Source: a virus (taxonomy: Duplodnaviria; Caudoviricetes). Taken from it: DNA of 37,392 bases. The notes beneath the pieces were generated by a model. That model searched no databases, was not told the DNA's origin, and saw nothing but the letters and a program-made list of their open reading frames with translations. Of this stretch, positions 1-7,859 are shown piece by piece. The DNA lies in the IMG/VR virus record IMGVR_UViG_3300028612_000777, positions 1 through 37,392 of that record; one strand, given 5' to 3'. A program made the translations under genes and the position numbers. Every line of letters starts with the position of its first letter. The first letter of the stretch is position 1.

Positions 1-392
1 AGATGTAGATAAGACTGGAACAAGAATGGTGCAACTTACCGTATCACATGATAATAGCACAAAGGCTGAAATCAAAACCTATATGGACACGTATTCGATA
101 GAGTACAATTCAGGCGATACTAAACAAGACCTGATTGATAAGACAATGATTTGGCAACTTGATAACGGTATTCCAAGCGAAGAAGAATCATATGAGTACA
201 CAGAAAGCGTAGTAGATACCACTACTACCATTACTCCCACATGGAAAGAAAGTGCCTTCAAGGGCAAATTAGGCGCACCCAGAGTCAAACCTGACGGCAG
301 TCTGGTAATTGTAAAGGGTGAGTTCAGTATGCTGACAGGAGAATTATCGGCTATGAAAGATTTAGGGAATGACATGGATTATCCCAACAATT
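1..392. repeat. Terminal direct repeat / circular overlap, copy 1
   Basis: 1-392 matches 37001-37392 except at offsets 115, 124, 207, 298, 334 and 373, implying a 37,000-bp circular unit. Confidence 0.97.
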
Positions 393-457
393 CTATACTG
401 ACAAAGTCTGAAGCGCAAACATTAGTTCGCACTTGGGATGTAGAAGATTTGGGATGA
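1..457 (+). CDS. 3' part of an origin-spanning hypothetical protein (186 aa in total, starting at 36897) with an HeH/LEM-like motif
   Basis: ORF 26..457 is in frame with ATG 36897 across the overlap; contains STKAEIKTYMDTYSIEYNSGDTKQDLI, resembling a helix-extension-helix motif. Confidence 0.8.
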   Translation, partial: DVDKTGTRMVQLTVSHDNSTKAEIKTYMDTYSIEYNSGDTKQDLIDKTMIWQLDNGIPSEEESYEYTESVVDTTTTITPTWKESAFKGKLGAPRVKPDGSLVIVKGEFSMLTGELSAMKDLGNDMDYPNNSILTKSEAQTLVRTWDVEDLG

Positions 458-536
458 TTATTGTTACTTACTTAATTGATTACCCTTGCGAATTATTTGA
501 ATGTGTAACTTATTCTAAATATTACGGAGTATAGGT

Positions 537-791
537 GTGAATGGCGGCGATATTAAAAGTGCTATTGATGCACGATTATTGATACAGTTAGCAACGATAG
601 TTATAACTATATCAGTAGCCTGGGCAGCGATGGGAAACCAGATGAGTAACCATATAATAAGCGAAGATATACACATGGATTACCGAGAACTAAAAGGCGA
701 ATTTGTTACAAGGGAAACATACGATAATGAAGTAAAATTTATGAACGAAAAATTAGACCGTATAGAGAAACTATTATTGGATAGACAATAA
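537..791 (+). CDS. Small membrane protein with C-terminal coiled coil (lysis-region hypothetical)
   Basis: Hydrophobic stretch LLIQLATIVITISVAWAAM, then KFMNEKLDRIEKLL; GGAG upstream. Confidence 0.7.
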   Translation: MNGGDIKSAIDARLLIQLATIVITISVAWAAMGNQMSNHIISEDIHMDYRELKGEFVTRETYDNEVKFMNEKLDRIEKLLLDRQ

Positions 792-860
792 TTATGCCCT
801 GTGTTAACTCCTTACCATGTTACCCACATAAAAACCTCCTCAGTTAGGCAGGGCATAGCT

Positions 861-1097
861 TTGGATTTTGTAGAATATGGAATGGTCGGTGTAGTCGCAG
901 TATTGTTTGTAGGCTTGATTAAGTTTCTTCAAAAGATAATAATTGATAAATTAGATAATGTTGAAGGTATTACCATTAAGTTAATAGATAGATGGAATAA
1001 GTCTGATTTACAAGCGGATGATAGGCATGAGAGATTATTAGAAGAAATGAGTAGAATAAAAGAAGGGTTACATTATTTAAAAGGAAAGGCAGGCTAA
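861..1097 (+). CDS. Single-TM, coiled-coil protein; holin-like candidate (start uncertain)
   Basis: EYGMVGVVAVLFVGLI TM segment then amphipathic helix, in the lysis cluster; TTG 861 preferred over the ORF-track start 801, which lies inside a hairpin. Confidence 0.55.
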   Translation: MDFVEYGMVGVVAVLFVGLIKFLQKIIIDKLDNVEGITIKLIDRWNKSDLQADDRHERLLEEMSRIKEGLHYLKGKAG

Positions 1098-1166
1098 AAT
1101 GAGTGATTATTTAACATGGACTAATGGGTTTTATCTGTTAGGATTAATTCGTATAGGAGTATTATA

Positions 1167-1463
1167 ATGGAATGGATTGCAGCGAAACTTGGAGTAGAAG
1201 TTGTACAGTATGCAGCTGGAGGTGCTGTAGCTATTGGAGTTGCCTGGGCATTGAAAAAGATACCTAATGCAACAATTAAAGCAAAGTTTGGTGTGCTGAT
1301 GTATGGTGCAGGAGTTACCTGTACTTTAGGATTGGCAAAGTTCAAATGGACAAAAAAGGTATGGAATAAGACTATTGAGCCTTATTTAGTGGATGCTATA
1401 GATAATATAGTAGCACATGGAATACAAGAGTTTGTTCGTGGTTTAAGGTCAGATAACGAATGA
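1167..1463 (+). CDS. Membrane protein, holin candidate
   Basis: AGGAG RBS, two hydrophobic segments, directly upstream of the lysozyme. Confidence 0.6.
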   Translation: MEWIAAKLGVEVVQYAAGGAVAIGVAWALKKIPNATIKAKFGVLMYGAGVTCTLGLAKFKWTKKVWNKTIEPYLVDAIDNIVAHGIQEFVRGLRSDNE

Positions 1464-1497
1464 AAGTCGTTGTAAGTTTTAAATGGGAACTCGGGTA

Positions 1498-1914
1498 ATG
1501 AATTATAAAAGACTCAAGGAAAGTGTTGAAAAGCATGAAGGCTTCAGCCGTAAAGTATACAAAGATACGCTTGGTATTGATACGATCGGGTATGGCTTTG
1601 CAATCAAAGACTTGGTTCTCGAATCAGACATTGCCAGTATACTGCTGGACAGAAAACTCACAGACCTTATACTACAATGTTTCAATCGGTTTCAATGGTT
1701 AAGTCGGCAGCCCACTGTGATCCAGGAGACGGTGATTGAGATGTGTTACCAGTTGGGAGTAAGAGGATTCAGTAAGTTTGTAAAAACAATATCATTTTTA
1801 GATGAAGGAGATTATCAGAAAGCGTCTATTGAAATGTTAAGATCAAAGTGGGCGGCACAAACGCCTAACCGGGCGATTGAACTAAGCGCGAATGTAAAAG
1901 GGTGTATCTCTTGA
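1498..1914 (+). CDS. Endolysin, T4-type lysozyme (GH24-like)
   Basis: HEG...YKDTLGIDTIGYG (E-D-T catalytic pattern) and SKWAAQTPNRA, closely matching T4 lysozyme motifs. Confidence 0.93.
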   Translation: MNYKRLKESVEKHEGFSRKVYKDTLGIDTIGYGFAIKDLVLESDIASILLDRKLTDLILQCFNRFQWLSRQPTVIQETVIEMCYQLGVRGFSKFVKTISFLDEGDYQKASIEMLRSKWAAQTPNRAIELSANVKGCIS

Positions 1915-2150
1915 TTCACTATTGAAAAATATATAAAGTAAAACATCATTTCTCGTCAAGGATAAAACTGGAATAAATCCCCTTATATTGGGTATATATA
2001 CCCTTCTCTATTATATGTAGTAGTATAAGCAAAATAAACTCACCGCAACTAAATGAGTTAATAATGCAAAATACACAAAAACCTGTTCCTCAATAAAATA
2101 TATTCTATCTAATATATTTTCAATAAGTAACATTATGTATGTTAAAACGC

Positions 2151-2179
2151 TTGCTACCTTACACCATGTAAGTTATATT
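2151..2179 (+). promoter_or_regulatory. Sigma70-type early promoter with an inverted repeat in its spacer
   Basis: TTGCTA-17 nt-TATATT; CTTACA-cca-TGTAAG at 2158-2172; preceded by an AT-rich tract. Confidence 0.65.
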
Positions 2180-2259
2180 GGCTCATTATTATGACTGATT
2201 ACTACCAATTACGCCCGATATTACCTGATTCCGACCACACACCACAAGGAAACCAATTC

Positions 2260-2472
2260 ATGAGAGACTACCTAAAGGCTGAACAGGCTGCTGATTATTT
2301 GCAAGTACATAAAAAAACATTGAACCAATACGCCAGGGAGGGGCGGATTCCAAGATACAAGTTCGGCGGAAATATCAGATATAAGGCGACGGATTTAGCA
2401 GAATTTATTGAAAAGAACAGAGTGATACCAGATATGAACCGGGAAGCAGTCAAGGAGGTAATAACGAAATGA
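2260..2472 (+). CDS. Excisionase-like / MerR-type HTH DNA-binding protein (HTH_17-like)
   Basis: YLKAEQAADYLQVHKKTLNQYAREGRIPRYKFGGNIRY; AAGGA upstream of ATG 2260. Confidence 0.88.
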   Translation: MRDYLKAEQAADYLQVHKKTLNQYAREGRIPRYKFGGNIRYKATDLAEFIEKNRVIPDMNREAVKEVITK

Positions 2473-2564
2473 ACTATGACAAATTTTTAGATCGTATGGC
2501 AGCAGCAACGGTGGCAGGAGCAGCTATTTATTTCACAATACATTTTTTAATCTACATCACATAA
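2469..2564 (+). CDS. 31-aa single-TM protein (not in ORF track)
   Basis: AGGAGG RBS, ATGA overlap with the previous stop; MNYDKFLDRMAAATVAGAAIYFTIHFLIYIT. Confidence 0.6.
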   Translation: MNYDKFLDRMAAATVAGAAIYFTIHFLIYIT

Positions 2565-2583
2565 ACAAAAAAGAGAGGCGAAC

Positions 2584-2865
2584 ATGAAACACACACCAGG
2601 TAAATGGCAAGTAAAACAATGGAAAAGGGATCATTACGTACATGGTTTTGAAACCGTTATCACAGATGCAAGAGGTCACGGCTTATTTACATCAACACAA
2701 AAAGGTAAAAGTAAGAAGGTTGAAGCCAACGCAAACCTAATCGCAACAGCTCCGGAAATGCTTCAAGCGTTGAAAGATTCATTAATGGTCTTGCATGAAT
2801 ATCAGATAGAAGAATCAATACGAAATGAACTTTGGGATATAATCGCCAAAGCGGAGGGCAAATGA
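2584..2865 (+). CDS. Phage hypothetical protein of the KHTPGxW...ANAxLIAxAPEL type
   Basis: MKHTPGKW and EANANLIATAPEMLQALK, motifs common in phage early proteins. Confidence 0.8.
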   Translation: MKHTPGKWQVKQWKRDHYVHGFETVITDARGHGLFTSTQKGKSKKVEANANLIATAPEMLQALKDSLMVLHEYQIEESIRNELWDIIAKAEGK

Positions 2866-3146
2866 TGAGAATACAAATGCGAATTAAGTGTGCCGTGTGT
2901 CAATCGCCCATTACACATGACCTGACAAGACCGTTCGGATTACGGATAATATGTCCTTCATGCCCCAATGGCGGTCATTGGCAACCAAAGTCTAAAAAAG
3001 ACAAATGGCACATCGCTAATGTGGAGGAGGAATTATCGGACATCAGTAATTCATCTTATAGAGACCAATGCAACTCTGACAGATTTGATTTAGCGGATGA
3101 ATATGACGACCCAATCCAACGTGCAGAAATAAGAGCGGGCGCATAA
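2862..3146 (+). CDS. Hypothetical zinc-ribbon protein
   Basis: CAVC and CPSC pairs; GGAGG RBS and ATGA overlap at 2862. Confidence 0.7.
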   Translation: MMRIQMRIKCAVCQSPITHDLTRPFGLRIICPSCPNGGHWQPKSKKDKWHIANVEEELSDISNSSYRDQCNSDRFDLADEYDDPIQRAEIRAGA

Positions 3147-3147
3147 T

Positions 3148-3420
3148 ATGAACTGCCCGAACTGCGACAAAATAATGGATGAGATTGAATACGGCACAGC
3201 TGAGTCGGATGTATCCGAATTAGGTGATGGTTGTTTTGAATGTGGGTTATTTATTGATCCGGATGGTTGCGCAAGTTTTGACGATGAGTACGCCAAGCAA
3301 AGAGAGGCATTAACATTGCCCCGGACGGCAGATTCGCCTCCGCCCAAGTCCTCACGCATTTTTCATAGCTTTTTATGTAGTGAGGAGTCCGGGGTTGTTA
3401 TCGAAAGAGAGGCAACATAA
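3148..3420 (+). CDS. Hypothetical zinc-ribbon protein
   Basis: CPNC and CFEC pairs; the 3' third overlaps a structured RNA element. Confidence 0.6.
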   Translation: MNCPNCDKIMDEIEYGTAESDVSELGDGCFECGLFIDPDGCASFDDEYAKQREALTLPRTADSPPPKSSRIFHSFLCSEESGVVIEREAT

Positions 3421-4370
3421 TGGAGTATATCTCCACAAAAGATATGAGCCGTGAGGAGTGGCTAAAACTACGCCCGACGTATTTGGGAGCATCGGAGTTT
3501 GGATCAGTCCTGGGGTTAAACAAATGGTCTACGCCATTGGACGTATACCGCATCAAGATGGGCGACAAGGTAATCGAGGACAATATACGTATGAAATTCG
3601 GCAGGGACGCAGAGGATTTGATTGCGGATTGGTTTATGGAAGAAACCGGTTTAACTGTTCACAGGGAAAATAAGATCAGGATACATTCCGATTATTCATT
3701 TATTGGGACGAATCTGGATAGAATGATTGTAGGCAAAAACAGTGAAGGGACTGGCAGTTTACAGATTAAGACTGCATCGGATCGTGCTGTTCAATCGTGG
3801 GAAGGCAACACGAACCTGAATTACTACGCACAGATACAGGGTGAGTTAGCTGTTACCGGATGGAGTTATGGTTATTTTGCGATCCTGGTTGTGGGGTTTG
3901 CCGGAGTCCAGGAGTTAAAGATTATCCGGTATGACAGGGATCAATCTTTCATTGATGATATGCTGCCAAAACTGGTGTCATTTTGGAAGGATCACATTGA
4001 GAAGAATATTGCGCCGGAAGCGATTAACACGAATGATCTTTTAACGCTGTACCCCCAGAGCGAAGAAGGCAAAGAGGTTATAGCGGTCAAAGAGACTTTA
4101 AATGTGTATAAAAGGCTGTTAGAGGTTAAGGAATCACTGGCTTTATTCAATAAGCAGAAGAAGCAATTGGAGCAAGAGATTAAGCTGGCGATGCGGGATG
4201 CAGAGCGGTTGACGCTGGACGGATTTGATCTTATTACGTGGAGATCGGCAGCCGCATCACGGAAGTTTGATACCGAGGGGTTCAAAAAAGATTACCCATT
4301 ATACTATGAGAAATACTTGAAAGCATTTAATGGTTCAAGGAGATTTCTTGTTAAAACACCACAGGAATAA
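3420..4370 (+). CDS. YqaJ-like viral recombinase exonuclease (lambda Exo family)
   Basis: EWLKLR..LGASE..GLNKW.TP, NLDR, QIKT, YYAQIQ; directly upstream of RecT. Confidence 0.93.
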   Translation: MEYISTKDMSREEWLKLRPTYLGASEFGSVLGLNKWSTPLDVYRIKMGDKVIEDNIRMKFGRDAEDLIADWFMEETGLTVHRENKIRIHSDYSFIGTNLDRMIVGKNSEGTGSLQIKTASDRAVQSWEGNTNLNYYAQIQGELAVTGWSYGYFAILVVGFAGVQELKIIRYDRDQSFIDDMLPKLVSFWKDHIEKNIAPEAINTNDLLTLYPQSEEGKEVIAVKETLNVYKRLLEVKESLALFNKQKKQLEQEIKLAMRDAERLTLDGFDLITWRSAAASRKFDTEGFKKDYPLYYEKYLKAFNGSRRFLVKTPQE

Positions 4371-4383
4371 AAAGGAGGCAGAA

Positions 4384-5400
4384 ATGTCAAAAGCAATAAC
4401 AACCACAAATGGCAGCATCCGGGATAAAGCCCTTGCTGCTGTTAAAAAAGCGGATAAGGCTGGGACGATGCTGGGTCTTAAAGCGAATGATATCACAGAT
4501 ATTATACGCACATATAGATCAGCCATAGCCCAAGCAATTCCGAGGCATCTTACGGTGGATCGTGTGATCCAGCAGGCGACTACGCTGGTATCGAGATCGC
4601 CGGCAATAGCCGAGTGCAGCGTTGAGTCTATTATCGGCGCAACCATGCAGGCATCCATATTGGGATTCCAGCCGGTGGCAGCACTGGGTCAATGTTACTT
4701 CGTTCCCTTTTACAATAAGAAGTCTGGGAAGAAGGAGGTGCAATTCATAATTGGGTATAAGGGTTACATTGATTTAGCCCGGCGATCCAATGAGATCAAG
4801 AGCATCTACGGTTATCCGGTCTTTGAGAATGACACGTTTGAGTTTGAGTTAGGTCTTGAGCCAAAGCTGAAGCATATACCGGCGATCGGTCATCGGGGGA
4901 ATCTTACCCATGCCTACGCAGTTGCCAAGTTCATTAATGGCGGGGAGGCATTTGATGTTGTTACCCGGGAAGATGTAATGAAGCGTAAGAACGTCTCACA
5001 GGCAAAAGGATCTGAGTTTTCACCCTGGAACACCTGGGAAGAAGAAATGTGGGTCAAAACGGCGATTAAGACCCTGCAAAAGTGGCTTCCGCTCTCTGTT
5101 GAGCAGCAGCAGACCATTGCAACGGACGAGAGTGTCATTAAGATTCAGTCCTTTGGCGTTGATGGAGAATTAAACCCGGATGCGGTAGAGATTCCTGATC
5201 CGGAGTTTGAGGAAGTGGCAGAGGAAGTGGCAGAAGAACCGGTGGATGACGGAATAAAGTCAGCCGAGGCTGAATTGAGTGATCATAAAGCGGCTTTAGA
5301 AAAAGCATCCAAGAAGCAGCAGGATAAGGCTGATGATGGGATACCACCGGAGTACGAAGAAGTACCGGTAGAAGCCTATGAAAAAGAAGAACTGTTTTAG
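4384..5400 (+). CDS. recT: RecT-family single-strand annealing recombinase
   Basis: LGQCYFVPF, QFIIGYKGYIDLARRS, SPW...EEMWVKT and an acidic tail; AGGAGG RBS before ATG 4384. Confidence 0.93.
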   Translation: MSKAITTTNGSIRDKALAAVKKADKAGTMLGLKANDITDIIRTYRSAIAQAIPRHLTVDRVIQQATTLVSRSPAIAECSVESIIGATMQASILGFQPVAALGQCYFVPFYNKKSGKKEVQFIIGYKGYIDLARRSNEIKSIYGYPVFENDTFEFELGLEPKLKHIPAIGHRGNLTHAYAVAKFINGGEAFDVVTREDVMKRKNVSQAKGSEFSPWNTWEEEMWVKTAIKTLQKWLPLSVEQQQTIATDESVIKIQSFGVDGELNPDAVEIPDPEFEEVAEEVAEEPVDDGIKSAEAELSDHKAALEKASKKQQDKADDGIPPEYEEVPVEAYEKEELF

Positions 5401-5486
5401 ACAAACGGTGTAGATGATGGCGGCAGCAATATGCGGGTTATCAGAACATGGCAAACAATCGGTTTTGCTGCTGCCTCTCTAATATA

Positions 5487-5810
5487 ATGACTATATACCA
5501 CAACACTAATTTATTAACAAAAAAAGAACTTATTTCTGCTGAAAAGAGAGCCAGCACGGAGACGGATATGGTGTATTCTCATTTCAAGTTTTGTCCAGGT
5601 CAGTGTTTTACTCCGGATGAGATTAGAGAGCGTATGCACCTGCCGGAGATAAAAATAATAGGAATCCGCAGGGCAATCACTAATTTAACGGCAGAGGGCT
5701 ATTTACGAAAAACGGACAAGATGGGTATTGGCACGTCCGGTGTTAAATGTCATACGTGGGTCTTAAATGAGTCACGTGGTGAGCAAGTGCGGATATTTAA
5801 GATATGGTAA
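5487..5810 (+). CDS. Winged-helix DNA-binding protein (putative; start uncertain)
   Basis: FTPDEI...IRRAITNLTAEGYLRKT wHTH-like pattern. Confidence 0.65.
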   Translation: MTIYHNTNLLTKKELISAEKRASTETDMVYSHFKFCPGQCFTPDEIRERMHLPEIKIIGIRRAITNLTAEGYLRKTDKMGIGTSGVKCHTWVLNESRGEQVRIFKIW

Positions 5811-5953
5811 GCCTGATCCATACACTTGTAGACTTTTTCGGCATTATAATTGTGGGCGGTATAGCAATCGTCCTTTTATTCTTTGCCACCGGGGTTCTTA
5901 TGGTTTGCCTTGATGAGTTGAGAATTTATTTGTACGGCAAAATTTCTAAATGA
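5804..5953 (+). CDS. 49-aa membrane protein (not in ORF track)
   Basis: MVSLIHTLVDFFGIIIVGGIAIVLLFFATGVLMVCL..., overlapping the upstream stop. Confidence 0.55.
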   Translation: MVSLIHTLVDFFGIIIVGGIAIVLLFFATGVLMVCLDELRIYLYGKISK

Positions 5954-5983
5954 GAAGTAAGTAGTTTGATAAATTAGATCGAG

Positions 5984-6505
5984 ATGATAAAAATAGATAC
6001 AGATATACCGATACCAGAAGATTATGATAAACATCTTCCTAATTATAAACGAGATTGCATAGCCGCATTAAAATCTTTAGACATTGGAGATTCTATTCTT
6101 ATAAAAGACAGAACCCATGATACAGCAAAAATTTATGTGTGGTGTGCAGAGCGCAAAACGAATTTAAAATTTACTGTTAAATTTATAAACCATTGGGAGC
6201 ATAGAATATGGAGAATTGGTAATGACGTTAATAACAAGTTATGTAAAACCAAAAAATGTTCTCGTTGTAAGATGGATATAAGTAAGGATAAGTACAGTGG
6301 CGGTTGTTATTGTTGTAAGGATAAGCATATATATCCGAGAGAGTTGTTAACAACACCGTGGGAATATCTTGGTGGTCGATCCAGGTCAAGCCAACATGAC
6401 TGGAATAAGACTCTTGATTATATAGATGAGTTCTATGATGGCTATGGAATCTATGATGCGATACGCAGAAATATTGACAACGAAGAGTTTCTAAATGAGA
6501 AGTAA
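5984..6505 (+). CDS. Hypothetical protein, possible DNA-binding N-terminus plus Cys-rich region
   Basis: IKIDTDIPIP...LDIGDSI...RIWRI domain followed by CSRC/CYCC; flanked by 18-bp direct repeats. Confidence 0.65.
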   Translation: MIKIDTDIPIPEDYDKHLPNYKRDCIAALKSLDIGDSILIKDRTHDTAKIYVWCAERKTNLKFTVKFINHWEHRIWRIGNDVNNKLCKTKKCSRCKMDISKDKYSGGCYCCKDKHIYPRELLTTPWEYLGGRSRSSQHDWNKTLDYIDEFYDGYGIYDAIRRNIDNEEFLNEK

Positions 6506-6574
6506 AATGAAATGCACAATAAGCTATTGATTAAGGGGGTCTTATTGTGGAAAGCAATAATATGGCAGTAAATA

Positions 6575-6802
6575 ATGAAGAAATCTAAATGCAAGTATAT
6601 AGATGGTGGCTATAAAATAGATTCTGGCGGCAGAATGGTCAGGGGCGATATGAATAACTATTATCGAAATTTAGAACCATATCTCTGTAAAAAATGTAAT
6701 ATGGTATGGCAACCAATGACAGAAGACCGTCAATTATCTGACTATTTAACAGGGTTTCCAAAATATGGGTGTACAATTAAAGTATGTACAAATTGTTTGT
6801 AA
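6575..6802 (+). CDS. Hypothetical Cys-motif protein
   Basis: CKKC and CTNC pairs. Confidence 0.6.
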   Translation: MKKSKCKYIDGGYKIDSGGRMVRGDMNNYYRNLEPYLCKKCNMVWQPMTEDRQLSDYLTGFPKYGCTIKVCTNCL

Positions 6803-6831
6803 GGGTATAATCTTAAAAAATATGGGAATAA

Positions 6832-7248
6832 ATGATCAAATTTGAAGTAAGGGGACAGCCGCAGGCATTAAAGCGTCACCGGTCTACCGTGAGGGGCGGA
6901 ATAATCAGGCAGTACGATCCCTCCGCCGCAGCTAAGCGCAGTTTTCTGCTTTACGTTATTAATCATGCGCCTAAAACGCCCATAGCGGCTGCAATATCTA
7001 TCAAGGCGACCTTTTGTATGACCAGACCTAAAAGTCACTTCAGAACAGGCAAATACTCCAGTATCTTAAAGGATAACGCCCCAACCCGGCATACCGGAAG
7101 ACCTGATTTGGATAATTTAATAAAATTTGTATCAGATGCGCTTAATGGTGTCTTCTACAAGGATGACTCCCAGATCGACAGCATTGCAGCTGTAAAGTTT
7201 TATGATGTAGTACCAAGAACTGAAATAGAGATAGATGATATCTGTTAA
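6832..7248 (+). CDS. rusA: RusA-family Holliday junction resolvase
   Basis: RPDLDNLIKFVSDALNG...DDSQI signature. Confidence 0.93.
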   Translation: MIKFEVRGQPQALKRHRSTVRGGIIRQYDPSAAAKRSFLLYVINHAPKTPIAAAISIKATFCMTRPKSHFRTGKYSSILKDNAPTRHTGRPDLDNLIKFVSDALNGVFYKDDSQIDSIAAVKFYDVVPRTEIEIDDIC

Positions 7249-7600
7249 ATTAATTTTTGATTCATTACCTACTCAATCAGTGCCAATACTGGAAACGAGA
7301 AGTGGCATATATTTTTTATATGATGGCAAAGAGGTGGTTTATGTAGGGAAAAGTAATAACATAATATTTAGGGTACATACTCATAAATACGGAAAATTAC
7401 ATACCGGTATTAAAAAGTGCTTTACTCGTGCGAAAAGTAAAGAATATCCGAACTATGATGATTTTATGCTATCAGTGATAGAGAACAGGTGGATTAAAAG
7501 ACTCACTCCTAAATATAATTTACAGGGAAATCCGAGATATATTTATAATCAAAAAAAGAAATGTTATGAAACAGCAACACCACACACCAAAGTAAGGTAA
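7235..7600 (+). CDS. GIY-YIG nuclease-family protein
   Basis: SGIYFL...VYVGKS..I..RV..H, E..WI..L.PKYN. Confidence 0.85.
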   Translation: MISVKLIFDSLPTQSVPILETRSGIYFLYDGKEVVYVGKSNNIIFRVHTHKYGKLHTGIKKCFTRAKSKEYPNYDDFMLSVIENRWIKRLTPKYNLQGNPRYIYNQKKKCYETATPHTKVR

Positions 7601-7624
7601 AGGTAAGGTAAAGGTAAGGTAAGT
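7592..7624. repeat. Short tandem repeat of (A)AAGGT units
   Basis: gtaaggtaaaggtaaggtaaaggtaaggtaagt, an 11-bp period built from 5- and 6-bp units. Confidence 0.9.
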
Positions 7625-7658
7625 AGGACAGTGATTAAATGATTATACAACACATTAT

Positions 7659-7843
7659 ACGACGACAAGAGCAAAACCTATTATACAAGTTATATAATCC
7701 ATTATATAACCCATTCCACGACGACAAGAGCAGAACATATTATAAAAGTTATATAATCAAATTATATAACCCATTTCACGACGACAAAAGTAGAACATAT
7801 TATAAAAGTTATATAATCAAATTATATAACCCATTATATAACT
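7659..7843. repeat. Three 59-60-bp tandem repeats with internal TTATATAA palindromes
   Basis: Units begin ACGACGACAA at 7659, 7718 and 7778; units 2 and 3 are nearly identical; directly upstream of the replication gene RBS. Confidence 0.93.
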
Positions 7844-7859
7844 CATAAGGAGGCAGCAA

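Noticed and set aside
1-392. DGR template/variable repeat pair with 37001-37392
   Set aside because: Differences are not adenine-specific and are mostly synonymous; no reverse transcriptase is encoded; the terminal position fits a circular overlap
5209-5238. 12-bp tandem repeat GAGGAAGTGGCA in recT
   Set aside because: An ordinary in-frame duplication within the acidic disordered tail
7235-7600. GIY-YIG as an intron-encoded homing endonuclease
   Set aside because: It is free-standing, the flanking genes are intact, and no intron structure is visible
7659-7843. Mini CRISPR array
   Set aside because: Units are contiguous near-identical tandem copies with no unique spacers, and no cas genes are present
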